Source: Candidatus Binatia bacterium (GTDB lineage: Bacteria > Desulfobacterota > Binatia > Bin18). Taken from it: a stretch of 64,000 nt of DNA. Location of the stretch: the NCBI GenBank assembly GCA_022820725.1, contig JAJEFA010000007.1, positions 221,215 through 285,214 on the forward strand, given 5' to 3'. Below, one piece after another: positions 55,508-63,937 of the stretch. The position numbers and the translations under genes were made by a program. Below the pieces are notes generated by a model, which saw only the letters and a list, made by a program, of their open reading frames with translations, ran no database searches and was not told the origin of the DNA. Position 1 is the first letter of the stretch. The number at the start of each line of letters is the position of its first letter.

Positions 55508-55996
55508 ATGAGCGCGGTGAATATGGAAGAGCTGGCAAAACGCCTCCAGGTGTTGGAAGACATTGAGGCGATTAAAAAAATGAAGGCTGAATTCCATGCC
55601 CTGTGTGATGAGGGCTATCAAGACCTGGACGGGATCATGGATTTCTTTGTCGAGGATGGGGTGTGGGACGGAGAGGCGTTTGGCACGTATGAAGGCCGGG
55701 CCGCTATCCGGGCGCTTTTTGCGGACGTGCCGAAAACGCTGCCGTTTGTCCGCCATCAGGTCATGAATCCGATTATTGAGGTTGACGGTGATACCGCGAC
55801 TGGCCAGTGGTATTTATTCCAGCCGACGACCATGGTCGGGGACAATGGGGAGCAAGCCGTCTGGGGCTCAGCCAAATACGACGAGACGTATGTCCGGGTG
55901 GATGGGAAATGGAAGTTCCAGCGGCTCGGGGTCACCTTGGGATTCTGGACGCCATACGACCAGGGCTGGGCCAAGAAGTGGACGCTCCTGGATTAG
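55508..55996 (+). CDS. SnoaL_4/NTF2-like protein
   Basis: 162 aa, starting 3 nt after the cadI-like stop. LEDIEAIKKMKAEFHALCDEG...DGKWKFQRL is typical of SnoaL-like and ring-hydroxylating beta-subunit-like folds. Confidence 0.8.
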   Translation: MSAVNMEELAKRLQVLEDIEAIKKMKAEFHALCDEGYQDLDGIMDFFVEDGVWDGEAFGTYEGRAAIRALFADVPKTLPFVRHQVMNPIIEVDGDTATGQWYLFQPTTMVGDNGEQAVWGSAKYDETYVRVDGKWKFQRLGVTLGFWTPYDQGWAKKWTLLD

Positions 55997-56011
55997 AGGA
56001 AGGAAAGACGC

Positions 56012-57802
56012 ATGGATAAACCGTCGGGCATCATGGAGAAGCCCCTGATTGACCCCCTGAGCTGGCTGTATCCATCTGCCAAGCCGCAGGCATATTACGA
56101 TGCCATCAAACAGAAGTTCGCCGAGGAGCGGAATCTCCGGCTGGAATACCGTCCGGAAGGCACGGCGCAATATACCTCTGACCTGACCGGTATGCTGGCG
56201 CAATACGAGGAGGACCCCTACGGCGGCCCGATCATCTCGCGGGAGCCTCTTAATGATCAGGTGGAATGCCTGTTCATCGGCGGTGGCTTTTCTGCCCTGC
56301 TGACCTCTGCCCGGCTGCGCAAATGTGGCGTGGAGAGCATCCGGATTGTGGAACGGGGAGCCGATGTGGGCGGCACCTGGTATTGGAACCGCTATCCGGG
56401 CGTGGCGTGCGACGTGCCGTCGTATGACTATCTGCCGCTGCTCGACGAGATGGACTACGTGCCCAAGGACCGCTTTGCCAAGGGACCCGAGATTTACGCC
56501 CACTGTCAGGCCATCGCCAAGAAATATGATCTGTACCAGTCAGCGGTTTTCCAGACGACGGTGACGTCCACCATATGGGACGAAGCGGAAGAGCTGTGGC
56601 ATATCCGAACCGACCGGGGTGACCATATGCGGGCCCAGTTCGTGATCTGTGCCAATGGCACGCTGTCCAAGCCCAAGCTGACCAGGATAGCCGGCATGGA
56701 GTCCTTTCGGGGTCACTCCTTTCATACCTCGCGCTGGGACTATGACTATACCGGGGAAGACCTGTCGAGGCTGGCGGATAAGGTCGTCGGGATTATCGGT
56801 ACCGGGGCGACCGCGGTCCAAGCGGTCCCCGGCCTGGGGGAAGCGGCCCAGGAGTTATACGTATTCCAGCGTACCCCGTCCTCGATCGATATCCGCGACG
56901 ATCATCCGACCGATCCCAACTGGGCGCGGAAACTGAAACCTGGCTGGCAGACCGAGCGGCGGAACATGATGCGCAAAATCATGGACCCCCGGTTGACCGC
57001 AGAGCAGAAGGCCCAGCGCGCCGCGCTTCCGCGTGAGGAGATCATTCGCCGCCAGGAGAACGCCAACATCGACTACATGCTGCGTATCCACCAGCGCATC
57101 GACGAGATCGTACAAGATCGAGCGACGGCCGAGGCGCTCAAGCCGTGGTATATGTTTATGTGTAAGCGCCCGTGCTTCCACAACGACTATCTACCGACCT
57201 TCAACCGGCCCAACGTCCATCTCGTCGATACCCACGGCAAGGGCGTCACCGAAATCACGGCAAAGGGACCGGTCTTTGAGGGCAAGCAGTACGAGCTGGA
57301 CCTGCTCATCTATGCCACCGGCTTTGAGGTCCAGAAGACCGGGATTTACAACCAGATCAGAGGCGTCGGCGGGCGCGAGCTGACTGAGAAATACAGCAGC
57401 GGCATCCGCACCCTGTTTGGTCTCCATACGCAGGGCTATCCGAATCTGTTTATCATGGGGGGGTATCAGTCTTCGTTCCAGTTCAATCTGACGGATATTC
57501 TCAACACCGAAGGCGATCACATTACAGCCTGCATCGACTATGTCCGCCGCAGTGGCTATCAATCGATAGACCCGACTCCCGAGGCAGAGGAGTGGTGGGT
57601 GCAGGAAGTCATCAAGCACCGGGGCAAGACCAGCCGGAACCGGGACTGTACGCCCGGTTACTATAACTTCGAGGGCGAGTACAACCGCCGTCAGGACGGG
57701 AACTATAACGGCGGGTTCCACCGCTATGTGCACTTCATGCAGAAAGCCCGGCAGAAGATGGACGAGCACTTCGTTTTTACAAGGAAGGAGGAACTCAGAT
57801 GA
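56012..57802 (+). CDS. type I Baeyer-Villiger monooxygenase (copy 3)
   Basis: 596 aa with IGGGFSAL, GGTWYWNRYPGVACDVPS, the fingerprint FRGHSFHTSRWD, and IIGTGATAVQ. It is a close paralog of 49871-51700. Confidence 0.9.
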   Translation: MDKPSGIMEKPLIDPLSWLYPSAKPQAYYDAIKQKFAEERNLRLEYRPEGTAQYTSDLTGMLAQYEEDPYGGPIISREPLNDQVECLFIGGGFSALLTSARLRKCGVESIRIVERGADVGGTWYWNRYPGVACDVPSYDYLPLLDEMDYVPKDRFAKGPEIYAHCQAIAKKYDLYQSAVFQTTVTSTIWDEAEELWHIRTDRGDHMRAQFVICANGTLSKPKLTRIAGMESFRGHSFHTSRWDYDYTGEDLSRLADKVVGIIGTGATAVQAVPGLGEAAQELYVFQRTPSSIDIRDDHPTDPNWARKLKPGWQTERRNMMRKIMDPRLTAEQKAQRAALPREEIIRRQENANIDYMLRIHQRIDEIVQDRATAEALKPWYMFMCKRPCFHNDYLPTFNRPNVHLVDTHGKGVTEITAKGPVFEGKQYELDLLIYATGFEVQKTGIYNQIRGVGGRELTEKYSSGIRTLFGLHTQGYPNLFIMGGYQSSFQFNLTDILNTEGDHITACIDYVRRSGYQSIDPTPEAEEWWVQEVIKHRGKTSRNRDCTPGYYNFEGEYNRRQDGNYNGGFHRYVHFMQKARQKMDEHFVFTRKEELR

Positions 57803-58761
57803 CCATGACTGATCGACTCGACCCGGAACTGGCCGCGCCGCTTGAAACCTTTCTCCACCTGACCGGAGGCGGGCTCAACCTGCACGATATCCCGGCGACC
57901 CGTCGCACGATGGAGGAGATGGCCGAAGCGCAAATGGCCAAGGCACCCCCCATCACGGGCATCACCACTGCGGACCGGCAGGTGCCCGGACCTGACGGGG
58001 AGGTGTTTGTTCGCATCTATCAGCCAACCGAGCGGCCCGACACGTTGCCAGCCCTCCTCTGGATTCACGGCGGTGGCTATGTGTTGGGCAGCGTTGAGCG
58101 GGACGACCTGCTGGCCTCCCATCTGGCCAAGGTCGCGCAGTGCGTGGTGGTATCGGTTGAGTACCGGCTCGCTCCCGAGCACCCCTTTCCGGCTCCGGTC
58201 GAGGATTGTTATGCCGCGCTCAAGTGGCTGGCGACCCATACCGGCGAGCTTGGCGTTGAGTCCTCCCGGATTGCCATTGGCGGGGCGAGTGCCGGAGGAG
58301 GGCTGGCCGCTGGATTGGCACTATTAACGCGCGACCGGGCCGAGGTCGAACTGGCTTTTCAACTGCTGATCTATCCCATGATTGACGACCGCAACGTCGC
58401 TCCCGCCAGCGACACGCTGTCGGATACCTTTGTGTGGACCAGGGAAAACAATCTCATGGGCTGGCGCGCCTACCTGGGACAGGAACCCGGAGGAGCGGAT
58501 GTGTCGCCGTATGCCGCAGCCGCTCGGGCCAGCGACCTGGCGGGTTTACCGCCGGCCTATATTCCGGTGGGTGACCTCGACTTGTTCCTGGACGAGAACA
58601 TCGAGTATGCGCGGCGTCTGCTGGCGGCAGGGGTACCGACCGAGCTACACGTCTATCCGGGCGGCTATCACGGCTTTAACGGCTTTGCTCCTGGGGCAGA
58701 GATCGCCCAGCGCTTCAATAACGAACGCGACGAGGCACTGAGGCGGATACTCCACCGTTAA
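57799..58761 (+). CDS. alpha/beta-hydrolase fold-3 esterase/lipase (HSL family)
   Basis: 320 aa with the oxyanion motif HGGGYVLGS and the nucleophile elbow GGASAGGGLA. Its start overlaps the BVMO stop (ATGA). Confidence 0.9.
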   Translation: MTMTDRLDPELAAPLETFLHLTGGGLNLHDIPATRRTMEEMAEAQMAKAPPITGITTADRQVPGPDGEVFVRIYQPTERPDTLPALLWIHGGGYVLGSVERDDLLASHLAKVAQCVVVSVEYRLAPEHPFPAPVEDCYAALKWLATHTGELGVESSRIAIGGASAGGGLAAGLALLTRDRAEVELAFQLLIYPMIDDRNVAPASDTLSDTFVWTRENNLMGWRAYLGQEPGGADVSPYAAAARASDLAGLPPAYIPVGDLDLFLDENIEYARRLLAAGVPTELHVYPGGYHGFNGFAPGAEIAQRFNNERDEALRRILHR

Positions 58762-59603
58762 TCGAACCAGTGGATGGGATTCCGTCGCTCGACCTGGCCC
58801 AGCATGATCGAAGCCGTCGTATACCCGAGCAGGCATTGCAGCGGACGGCTCAGGGCCCGCACGGTCTCCAGCGATATCGATAAATAGGCATTCTCCTGCT
58901 GGCGCAACCAGGCGCAGCAGTAGGACAACGACAAGGCACGGCGTTGCCGGTCGCTGGTATTGGCGCCACCCCCATGCCATATCCCACCGTCGAAGAGCAG
59001 TACCGACCCGGCCGGCATGACGATGTTGATCGGCGGTTTCGCCGGAACCTCTTCCTCTGTGGAAATGTGACTACCGGGCAGCAATTCGGTGCCGCCGTTG
59101 GCTGGGGTATAGGCGTCGATTGCCCACAGAGTGCCGACCATGAGCGGTGGACGCGGGCGCGGCAGGGGGTAGACGCTGTCGTCCCGATGCAGTCCCTGGG
59201 AGGTTTCGCCGGGAAGCAGGGTGATCCCGGTCGCGGAGCTGAGCTGAATCTGGCTCTGCAAATAACCTTCGATAATGGCGATAACCCTGGGATGGGTGCA
59301 CGGCTCATCCGCAGTGCGTGTCTTCTCCATGAAATTGTAAATACGTTTGGTGCAGAAGCCCTCGAAGTCGGTTATTCCCAGGGGGGTGGCGGCATGAATC
59401 GTATCCATCTCCGCTCCGATTTCCGTCACCTTGTCCGCATTGAGCAGCCCTTCAAGAATGAGATAGCCGTCGCGTCTGAGATTCTGGATGTCCGCTGCGA
59501 CCGCCTCCCGCTCCTCTGGACTGGAGAGCCCCTTAAGCCGTTGGGTGTCGCGAACATCGGCATCGAATGGATTACCCGCCTTGCGGGCACTCGACTCACT
59601 CAT
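58758..59603 (-). CDS. phytanoyl-CoA dioxygenase (PhyH) family Fe(II)/2OG oxygenase
   Basis: ATG 59601-59603 sits inside ORF 58758-59684. Motifs are GLHRDD (HxD), GGTELLPGSH, a distal His in GGIWHGGGAN, and RRALSLSY. Confidence 0.85.
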   Translation of the reverse strand: MSESSARKAGNPFDADVRDTQRLKGLSSPEEREAVAADIQNLRRDGYLILEGLLNADKVTEIGAEMDTIHAATPLGITDFEGFCTKRIYNFMEKTRTADEPCTHPRVIAIIEGYLQSQIQLSSATGITLLPGETSQGLHRDDSVYPLPRPRPPLMVGTLWAIDAYTPANGGTELLPGSHISTEEEVPAKPPINIVMPAGSVLLFDGGIWHGGGANTSDRQRRALSLSYCCAWLRQQENAYLSISLETVRALSRPLQCLLGYTTASIMLGQVERRNPIHWFD

Positions 59604-59747
59604 AGTTACAGCCCTTCCATCCTCAGGTGTGCTGGAGCACGCGACCTTCGTAGGGGGGCTATAGTGAATACCAGAGCCTGTCAAGTTCTGAGGGAATGCG
59701 ACTAACGGGGGGTCGTTCCGGTAGTACTAGAGTAGTATCGTACGTTC

Positions 59748-59957
59748 ATGGTCAGCGCACTCACGGCATTCAGGATCGCCGTCCACGTTGTGTTGTTCCT
59801 CCTAGCGGTGGTGGTTTTCTATCTGGGCTTAGGCATTGGGTTGTCGCAAAGCCCGATGTACGGCAACCTCCTGTTCCTGACTGCCCTGGCGATTGCCAGC
59901 CTGAACGCGTGGTGGATGGTGCGCAGGCCCCGACGCCGGCAGCGATATCCTTCCTGA
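59748..59957 (+). CDS. possible small membrane protein (two TM segments)
   Basis: 69 aa with two hydrophobic stretches (IAVHVVLFLLAVVVFYLGLGI and LLFLTALAIASLNAWWMV) and a basic tail. There is no clear RBS. Confidence 0.35.
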   Translation: MVSALTAFRIAVHVVLFLLAVVVFYLGLGIGLSQSPMYGNLLFLTALAIASLNAWWMVRRPRRRQRYPS

Positions 59958-60146
59958 CGACCAGTGGCGTAAGAGCGAGATGCTCTACAACATAGACGAC
60001 CCGCGCTATCGGGTAATGAACGGATACCGCCATATTTTCAACGAGACCCCTATCGAACCCTGCCTGAATATGATTTGTAATGCATCTACCCGGCTGGACG
60101 ACGGCTGGGTGGCTATGTTTATTTTCTTGCCAGAGGAGGCAATGTT

Positions 60147-60410
60147 GTGAGGCTATTTATTGGGAATCTGTCATGGGACGCCACCCCGGCCGACCTCGAA
60201 GCGTTATTCGGCGAAGTCGGGACGGTCACCTCAGCGAACATTATCACGGATAGGGAAAGTGGGCGCTCTCGCGGATTTGGCTTTATTGAAATGGAAAACG
60301 ACGATGAGGCCCGAACGGCGATTGAGCGTCTACATGACTATGAATTTATGGGACGGCCCCTGACGGTCAACGAAGCCCGGCCCAGGGAGCGCCGCGAACG
60401 CCGGTGGTAG
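60147..60410 (+). CDS. RRM-type RNA-binding protein
   Basis: 87 aa with a GTG start after GAGGAGG. RNP-2 is LFIGNL and RNP-1 is RGFGFIEM. Confidence 0.9.
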   Translation: MRLFIGNLSWDATPADLEALFGEVGTVTSANIITDRESGRSRGFGFIEMENDDEARTAIERLHDYEFMGRPLTVNEARPRERRERRW

Positions 60411-60414
60411 AGGT

Positions 60415-60636
60415 ATGCCAGGGAGAGCAAAACCAACCAGTTTTCTCAAGCGCCAACGGGAACAATACCGCCAACAAAAGCAAAAGGAGAAGGCGGAGCG
60501 CAGGCGCGAGGCCAAAGCCCGCAAAGCGGCCAATGTGCGCGCTGAGGGAGATGAGGATCCCGATATTGCCGGCATTCAACCTGGCCCGCAGCCTCTTCCC
60601 GAGCAGTGGAATGTGCTTGAGGAAGAAGAGGAGTAA
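60415..60636 (+). CDS. possible small highly charged protein (Lys/Arg-rich N-terminal half, acidic tail)
   Basis: A 73-aa ORF starting 4 nt after the RRM gene stop. Composition is low-complexity KR/E-rich, and no family was recognised. Confidence 0.4.
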   Translation: MPGRAKPTSFLKRQREQYRQQKQKEKAERRREAKARKAANVRAEGDEDPDIAGIQPGPQPLPEQWNVLEEEEE

Positions 60637-60648
60637 GCCTGCCTGATT

Positions 60649-60677
60649 TCAGCGCCTCAGCCGCATCAAGGCGCTGA
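60649..60677 (+). terminator. hairpin after the RRM/small-ORF pair
   Basis: TCAGCGCC-N13-GGCGCTGA is an 8-bp stem, followed downstream by GGGGGTTTTCTTCC. Confidence 0.45.
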
Positions 60678-60782
60678 TCGGTCCGGGGGTTTTCTTCCTA
60701 TCCACGCCGCTTTTTCACCCTAGTTGCCAACCCGGTGGCGCTCTATTGTTGTCAGAGGGACGCAGCCCGCTCGGCCTGCTCT

Positions 60783-61520
60783 TTACAGGAAGGGTTCCAA
60801 CTCGGCGGCTCGTGTTGGAACGGCGTTCCGCGCGTGGTCGAGGCGCTGTTGGCGCACGGCCTGACGGACGAGATCAATCCCCTGGACGGCTGTGGGGTGC
60901 TGTTCGAGGAAGGTCCGGGCTTGCCGGTGCTGCTCAAGCCAGGCTTGACTGACATACCAGACTTCCTGTTCACCGACGGCAATGCGGGTGTCCTGGCCGT
61001 CCCACACCAACCAGGACAGGGCGTAGGACCAGTCGGTCACGCTGGATTCCTTCCAGCCCGAATCCGGTAAAGAGCGGATATCGAGGCCGTCCCACTGGGT
61101 GGTGAGTCCCTGCGGCCTCCCGTATTTATTCACCACAGCCAAACGCATGGGGGCGCGGTATTCCAGGTCATAGAGTTCGGCATCGTCGGTCTCAATCGCA
61201 TGCTGGACCGCTTCGGGTACCAACTCGATACCAAACGCGTACAGGCCGAAATCACGATCAATCCGAAAGGTGACGGTCCGCGTCTGCCAGGTGGCGTATA
61301 ACACGATTTCAGGACCCGAGCGGATGGTGGACGCGGCTTTCAGGTCGCCACCTGCTGCGCGTTCCAGGCCGGGTAATTGCTCTACTTGCGTCAGCGTTGA
61401 CTGCCACTCCGCACCGAGCGGCAGGGGCGCTATCGATTGGGCGTACGCAAGTGAGAAAACACTCCCCAGCAGGAGAAACATCACGGTAAGCGAGTGAAGC
61501 GGCATGAAAAGATTCTCCAT
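60783..61520 (-). CDS. secreted hypothetical protein
   Basis: 245 aa with the signal peptide (M)PLHSLTVMFLLLGSVFSLAYAQ. No family recognised. Confidence 0.65.
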   Translation of the reverse strand: MENLFMPLHSLTVMFLLLGSVFSLAYAQSIAPLPLGAEWQSTLTQVEQLPGLERAAGGDLKAASTIRSGPEIVLYATWQTRTVTFRIDRDFGLYAFGIELVPEAVQHAIETDDAELYDLEYRAPMRLAVVNKYGRPQGLTTQWDGLDIRSLPDSGWKESSVTDWSYALSWLVWDGQDTRIAVGEQEVWYVSQAWLEQHRQARTFLEQHPTAVQGIDLVRQAVRQQRLDHARNAVPTRAAELEPFL

Positions 61521-61547
61521 TCGTAGCAGGTTTCGCCCTTCACTAAA

Positions 61548-61575
61548 CCCTAACCTCCAATCCCTAACCCCTAAC
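61548..61575 (+). repeat. short heptamer tandem repeat (CCCTAAC-like, 4 units)
   Basis: CCCTAAC CTCCAAT CCCTAAC CCCTAAC, read directly, in the 57-nt gap between two minus-strand genes. Confidence 0.5.
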
Positions 61576-61577
61576 TA

Positions 61578-62705
61578 TCAGTAGCCATCAAATCGCGCGA
61601 CCCGCTCGCGGTGATAGGCGGCCGCGCCAAAGGCGAACTCATTCCACTTGGCCCGTTTGAACCAGAAGTGCATATCGTGCTCCCAGGTAAAACCAATCCC
61701 GCCGTGCATCTGCACAGCCTTGTTGGTCGTACGCGTATAGACCACGGACAGGCGGGCTTTAGCAATAGACGCCGCGCGGGACGCATCTTTGGCGCGCGTG
61801 TCAAACGCGTAGGCCGCGTACCAGACCAGAGGCCGGGCCGGTTCGATCTCACTCACCATTTCGGCAGCCATGTGTTTGAGAGCCTGGAAGGAGGCAATCG
61901 GCCGGTTAAACTGCTCACGGACTTTGGTGTACTCGACCGCCATGTCGAGCGCTTGTTGTGCGCCCCCAAGGCTGTCGGCGGAAAGGGCAACGCAGGCCAA
62001 GTCCTGAAGCTGGGCCAGCAGTTTCCAGCCTTTTCCGACCTTGCCAAGAAAGCCGGAGATCGGCACCTGCTTGAACCGGACCTCGTACACCCGTCGCGTT
62101 CGATCAAACATGTCCAGCGGTCGGATGGTCAGGCCCGGTGCGTCCCGCTCGACCAGCACCAGACTAACGCCCTTTTCACTCTTTCCACTAGTGCGGACGG
62201 CCACTACCAGGATGTCGGCCACAGCGGCAAAAGGAACGAACATCTTGGTACCGCTCAACATATAGCCGTCACGTTTTTTCCTGGCCTTGAGAGTAATGCC
62301 AGCGGCGTCCAGGCGGTCGCTGGCTTCGAGAAAAGCCAGGGTGCCGATAGCGTTGCCTGAGGCGAGCCGGGGCAACCAGGTCTTTTTCTGGGCGGAGTTG
62401 CCGCCACGCATCAGGGCGAAGGTAGCCAGGGCTGAAGAAAACAGAAACGGACCTGGCACCACGGCTCGACCCATCTCTTCGAGCAGCAAAGCCATATCGA
62501 GCAGCCCAAGACCGAGCCCACCGAATTTTTCCGGAACAAGCAGACCGGTCCAACCCAGCTCTGCCATTTTCCGATGCAACTCAGGGGAAAATCCGTGCTC
62601 GTCGTCCAAGAGCGCCCGCACGAACTGGGGGGAACATTCCTGGGTCAGAAACTCTCGGGCTGAGTGCTGGAGCAGGTCTTGTTCTTCCGATAGGCCGAAG
62701 TCCAT
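61578..62705 (-). CDS. acyl-CoA dehydrogenase family protein (downstream member of an adjacent pair)
   Basis: 375 aa. It begins MDFGLSEEQ and has a C-terminal HGGIGFTWEHDMHFWFKRAK motif. Confidence 0.9.
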   Translation of the reverse strand: MDFGLSEEQDLLQHSAREFLTQECSPQFVRALLDDEHGFSPELHRKMAELGWTGLLVPEKFGGLGLGLLDMALLLEEMGRAVVPGPFLFSSALATFALMRGGNSAQKKTWLPRLASGNAIGTLAFLEASDRLDAAGITLKARKKRDGYMLSGTKMFVPFAAVADILVVAVRTSGKSEKGVSLVLVERDAPGLTIRPLDMFDRTRRVYEVRFKQVPISGFLGKVGKGWKLLAQLQDLACVALSADSLGGAQQALDMAVEYTKVREQFNRPIASFQALKHMAAEMVSEIEPARPLVWYAAYAFDTRAKDASRAASIAKARLSVVYTRTTNKAVQMHGGIGFTWEHDMHFWFKRAKWNEFAFGAAAYHRERVARFDGY

Positions 62706-62726
62706 GATGAGTCCCTGGCGTGTGCG

Positions 62727-63917
62727 TCAGCGCGCCTTGGGCATGCCGAGCCCACGTTCGCTAATGATATTTTTCTGAATCTGAGACGTTCCGCCTCCGA
62801 TAATGAGACCCAGCGTGAACATAAACTCATACGGCCAGATGCCATTGTCGATCACGTGTGAAGCCCTCCGGTTGAGTGGGGCGTAGGAGTTCATGATTTC
62901 AAGGGCCAGCGCGCAAATATCGTGGTTCAGTTCGGTCCCGACCAGTTTATTCACCATGGCGCCGATGCCGGGCTTGCGACCTTTGGTGGCGTCCGTGAGT
63001 TGCCGAAAGGAGTGATACTTCATGGCTTCGACCCCGGTTGTCAGGTCGGCCAATTGCTGGCGGATGATCGGGTCTTCCGCCGCGGGCTGGCCGTAGCGGC
63101 TGTGGCTGCGGGCCAGGCGGATGAGGTTTTGCATCATAAGCTGAGTACGGGTGGTCGAGCCTAGCATATTGCGTTCATGAAACAGGGTGGCGTTGGCCAC
63201 CAGCCAACCCTGGTTGAGTTCGCCGACCAGATTCTCGCGCGGGACGCGGACATCCTCGAAAAAGACCTCGTTAAAGCCGGCGTCACCCGTCATTTGGACC
63301 AGGGGGCGGACCGTGATCCCCGGCGTCTTCATATCGATCAAAATATAGGAGATCCCGCGGTGCTTGGGCGCATCCGGGTCGGTCCGCACCAAACAGAACA
63401 TCCAGTCCGAGAACTGGGCCCCGGATGTCCAGACCTTTTGGCCGTTGACGATGAATTCGTCGCCCACGAGTTCGGCTCTGGTCCGTAGCGAAGCCAGGTC
63501 CGAGCCCGAACCGGGCTCGGAATAGCCCTGGCACCAAATTTCTTCCGCGGTGAGGACTTTGGGTAAATAGCGCTGTTTTTGCTCCTCGGAGCCAACTTGC
63601 AGCAGAGTGGGGCCGAGCATGGTCAAACCGGACGCGCCGATCAGACCCGGCGCACGCGCCAAGACCAGTTCTTCGTTCACAATGGTCTGGCGCATAATGT
63701 CGGAGTCACCCTGACCGCCGTAGGCTTTGGGCCATCCTAAAGCGACATAGCCGGCTTCGTACAGCCGGCGCTGCCAATCCTTGGCGCGCTGGATGCGTCG
63801 TGGATCGTTCGGTGGCAGATCGCTCAGAGTTTTGTCTTTTTTCGGCACGTTGGCCTTGAGCCAGGTCCGTACCGTTTTCCGAAACGCCTCGTCCTCTTTG
63901 GAATATGCCAGGTCCAC
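62727..63917 (-). CDS. acyl-CoA dehydrogenase family protein (upstream member of an adjacent pair)
   Basis: 396 aa with a GTG start after GGAGGAG. Motifs are GYSEPGSGSDLASL, WTSGAQFSDW and IGGGTSQIQKNIISE. Confidence 0.9.
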   Translation of the reverse strand: MDLAYSKEDEAFRKTVRTWLKANVPKKDKTLSDLPPNDPRRIQRAKDWQRRLYEAGYVALGWPKAYGGQGDSDIMRQTIVNEELVLARAPGLIGASGLTMLGPTLLQVGSEEQKQRYLPKVLTAEEIWCQGYSEPGSGSDLASLRTRAELVGDEFIVNGQKVWTSGAQFSDWMFCLVRTDPDAPKHRGISYILIDMKTPGITVRPLVQMTGDAGFNEVFFEDVRVPRENLVGELNQGWLVANATLFHERNMLGSTTRTQLMMQNLIRLARSHSRYGQPAAEDPIIRQQLADLTTGVEAMKYHSFRQLTDATKGRKPGIGAMVNKLVGTELNHDICALALEIMNSYAPLNRRASHVIDNGIWPYEFMFTLGLIIGGGTSQIQKNIISERGLGMPKAR

Positions 63918-63937
63918 GCAGGCTCCTCCTTCAAGAC

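Noticed and set aside
59958-60146. Possible structured 5'-UTR or ncRNA upstream of the RRM gene (direct repeat CGGCTGG-ACGA-CGGCTGG).
   Set aside because: The repeat is direct rather than inverted, so it forms no stem. No convincing conserved structure could be drawn by eye.
61548-61575. Possible CRISPR array or other long repeat array.
   Set aside because: Only four 7-nt units are present, with no spacers. No repeat-spacer architecture or cas genes occur anywhere in the window.
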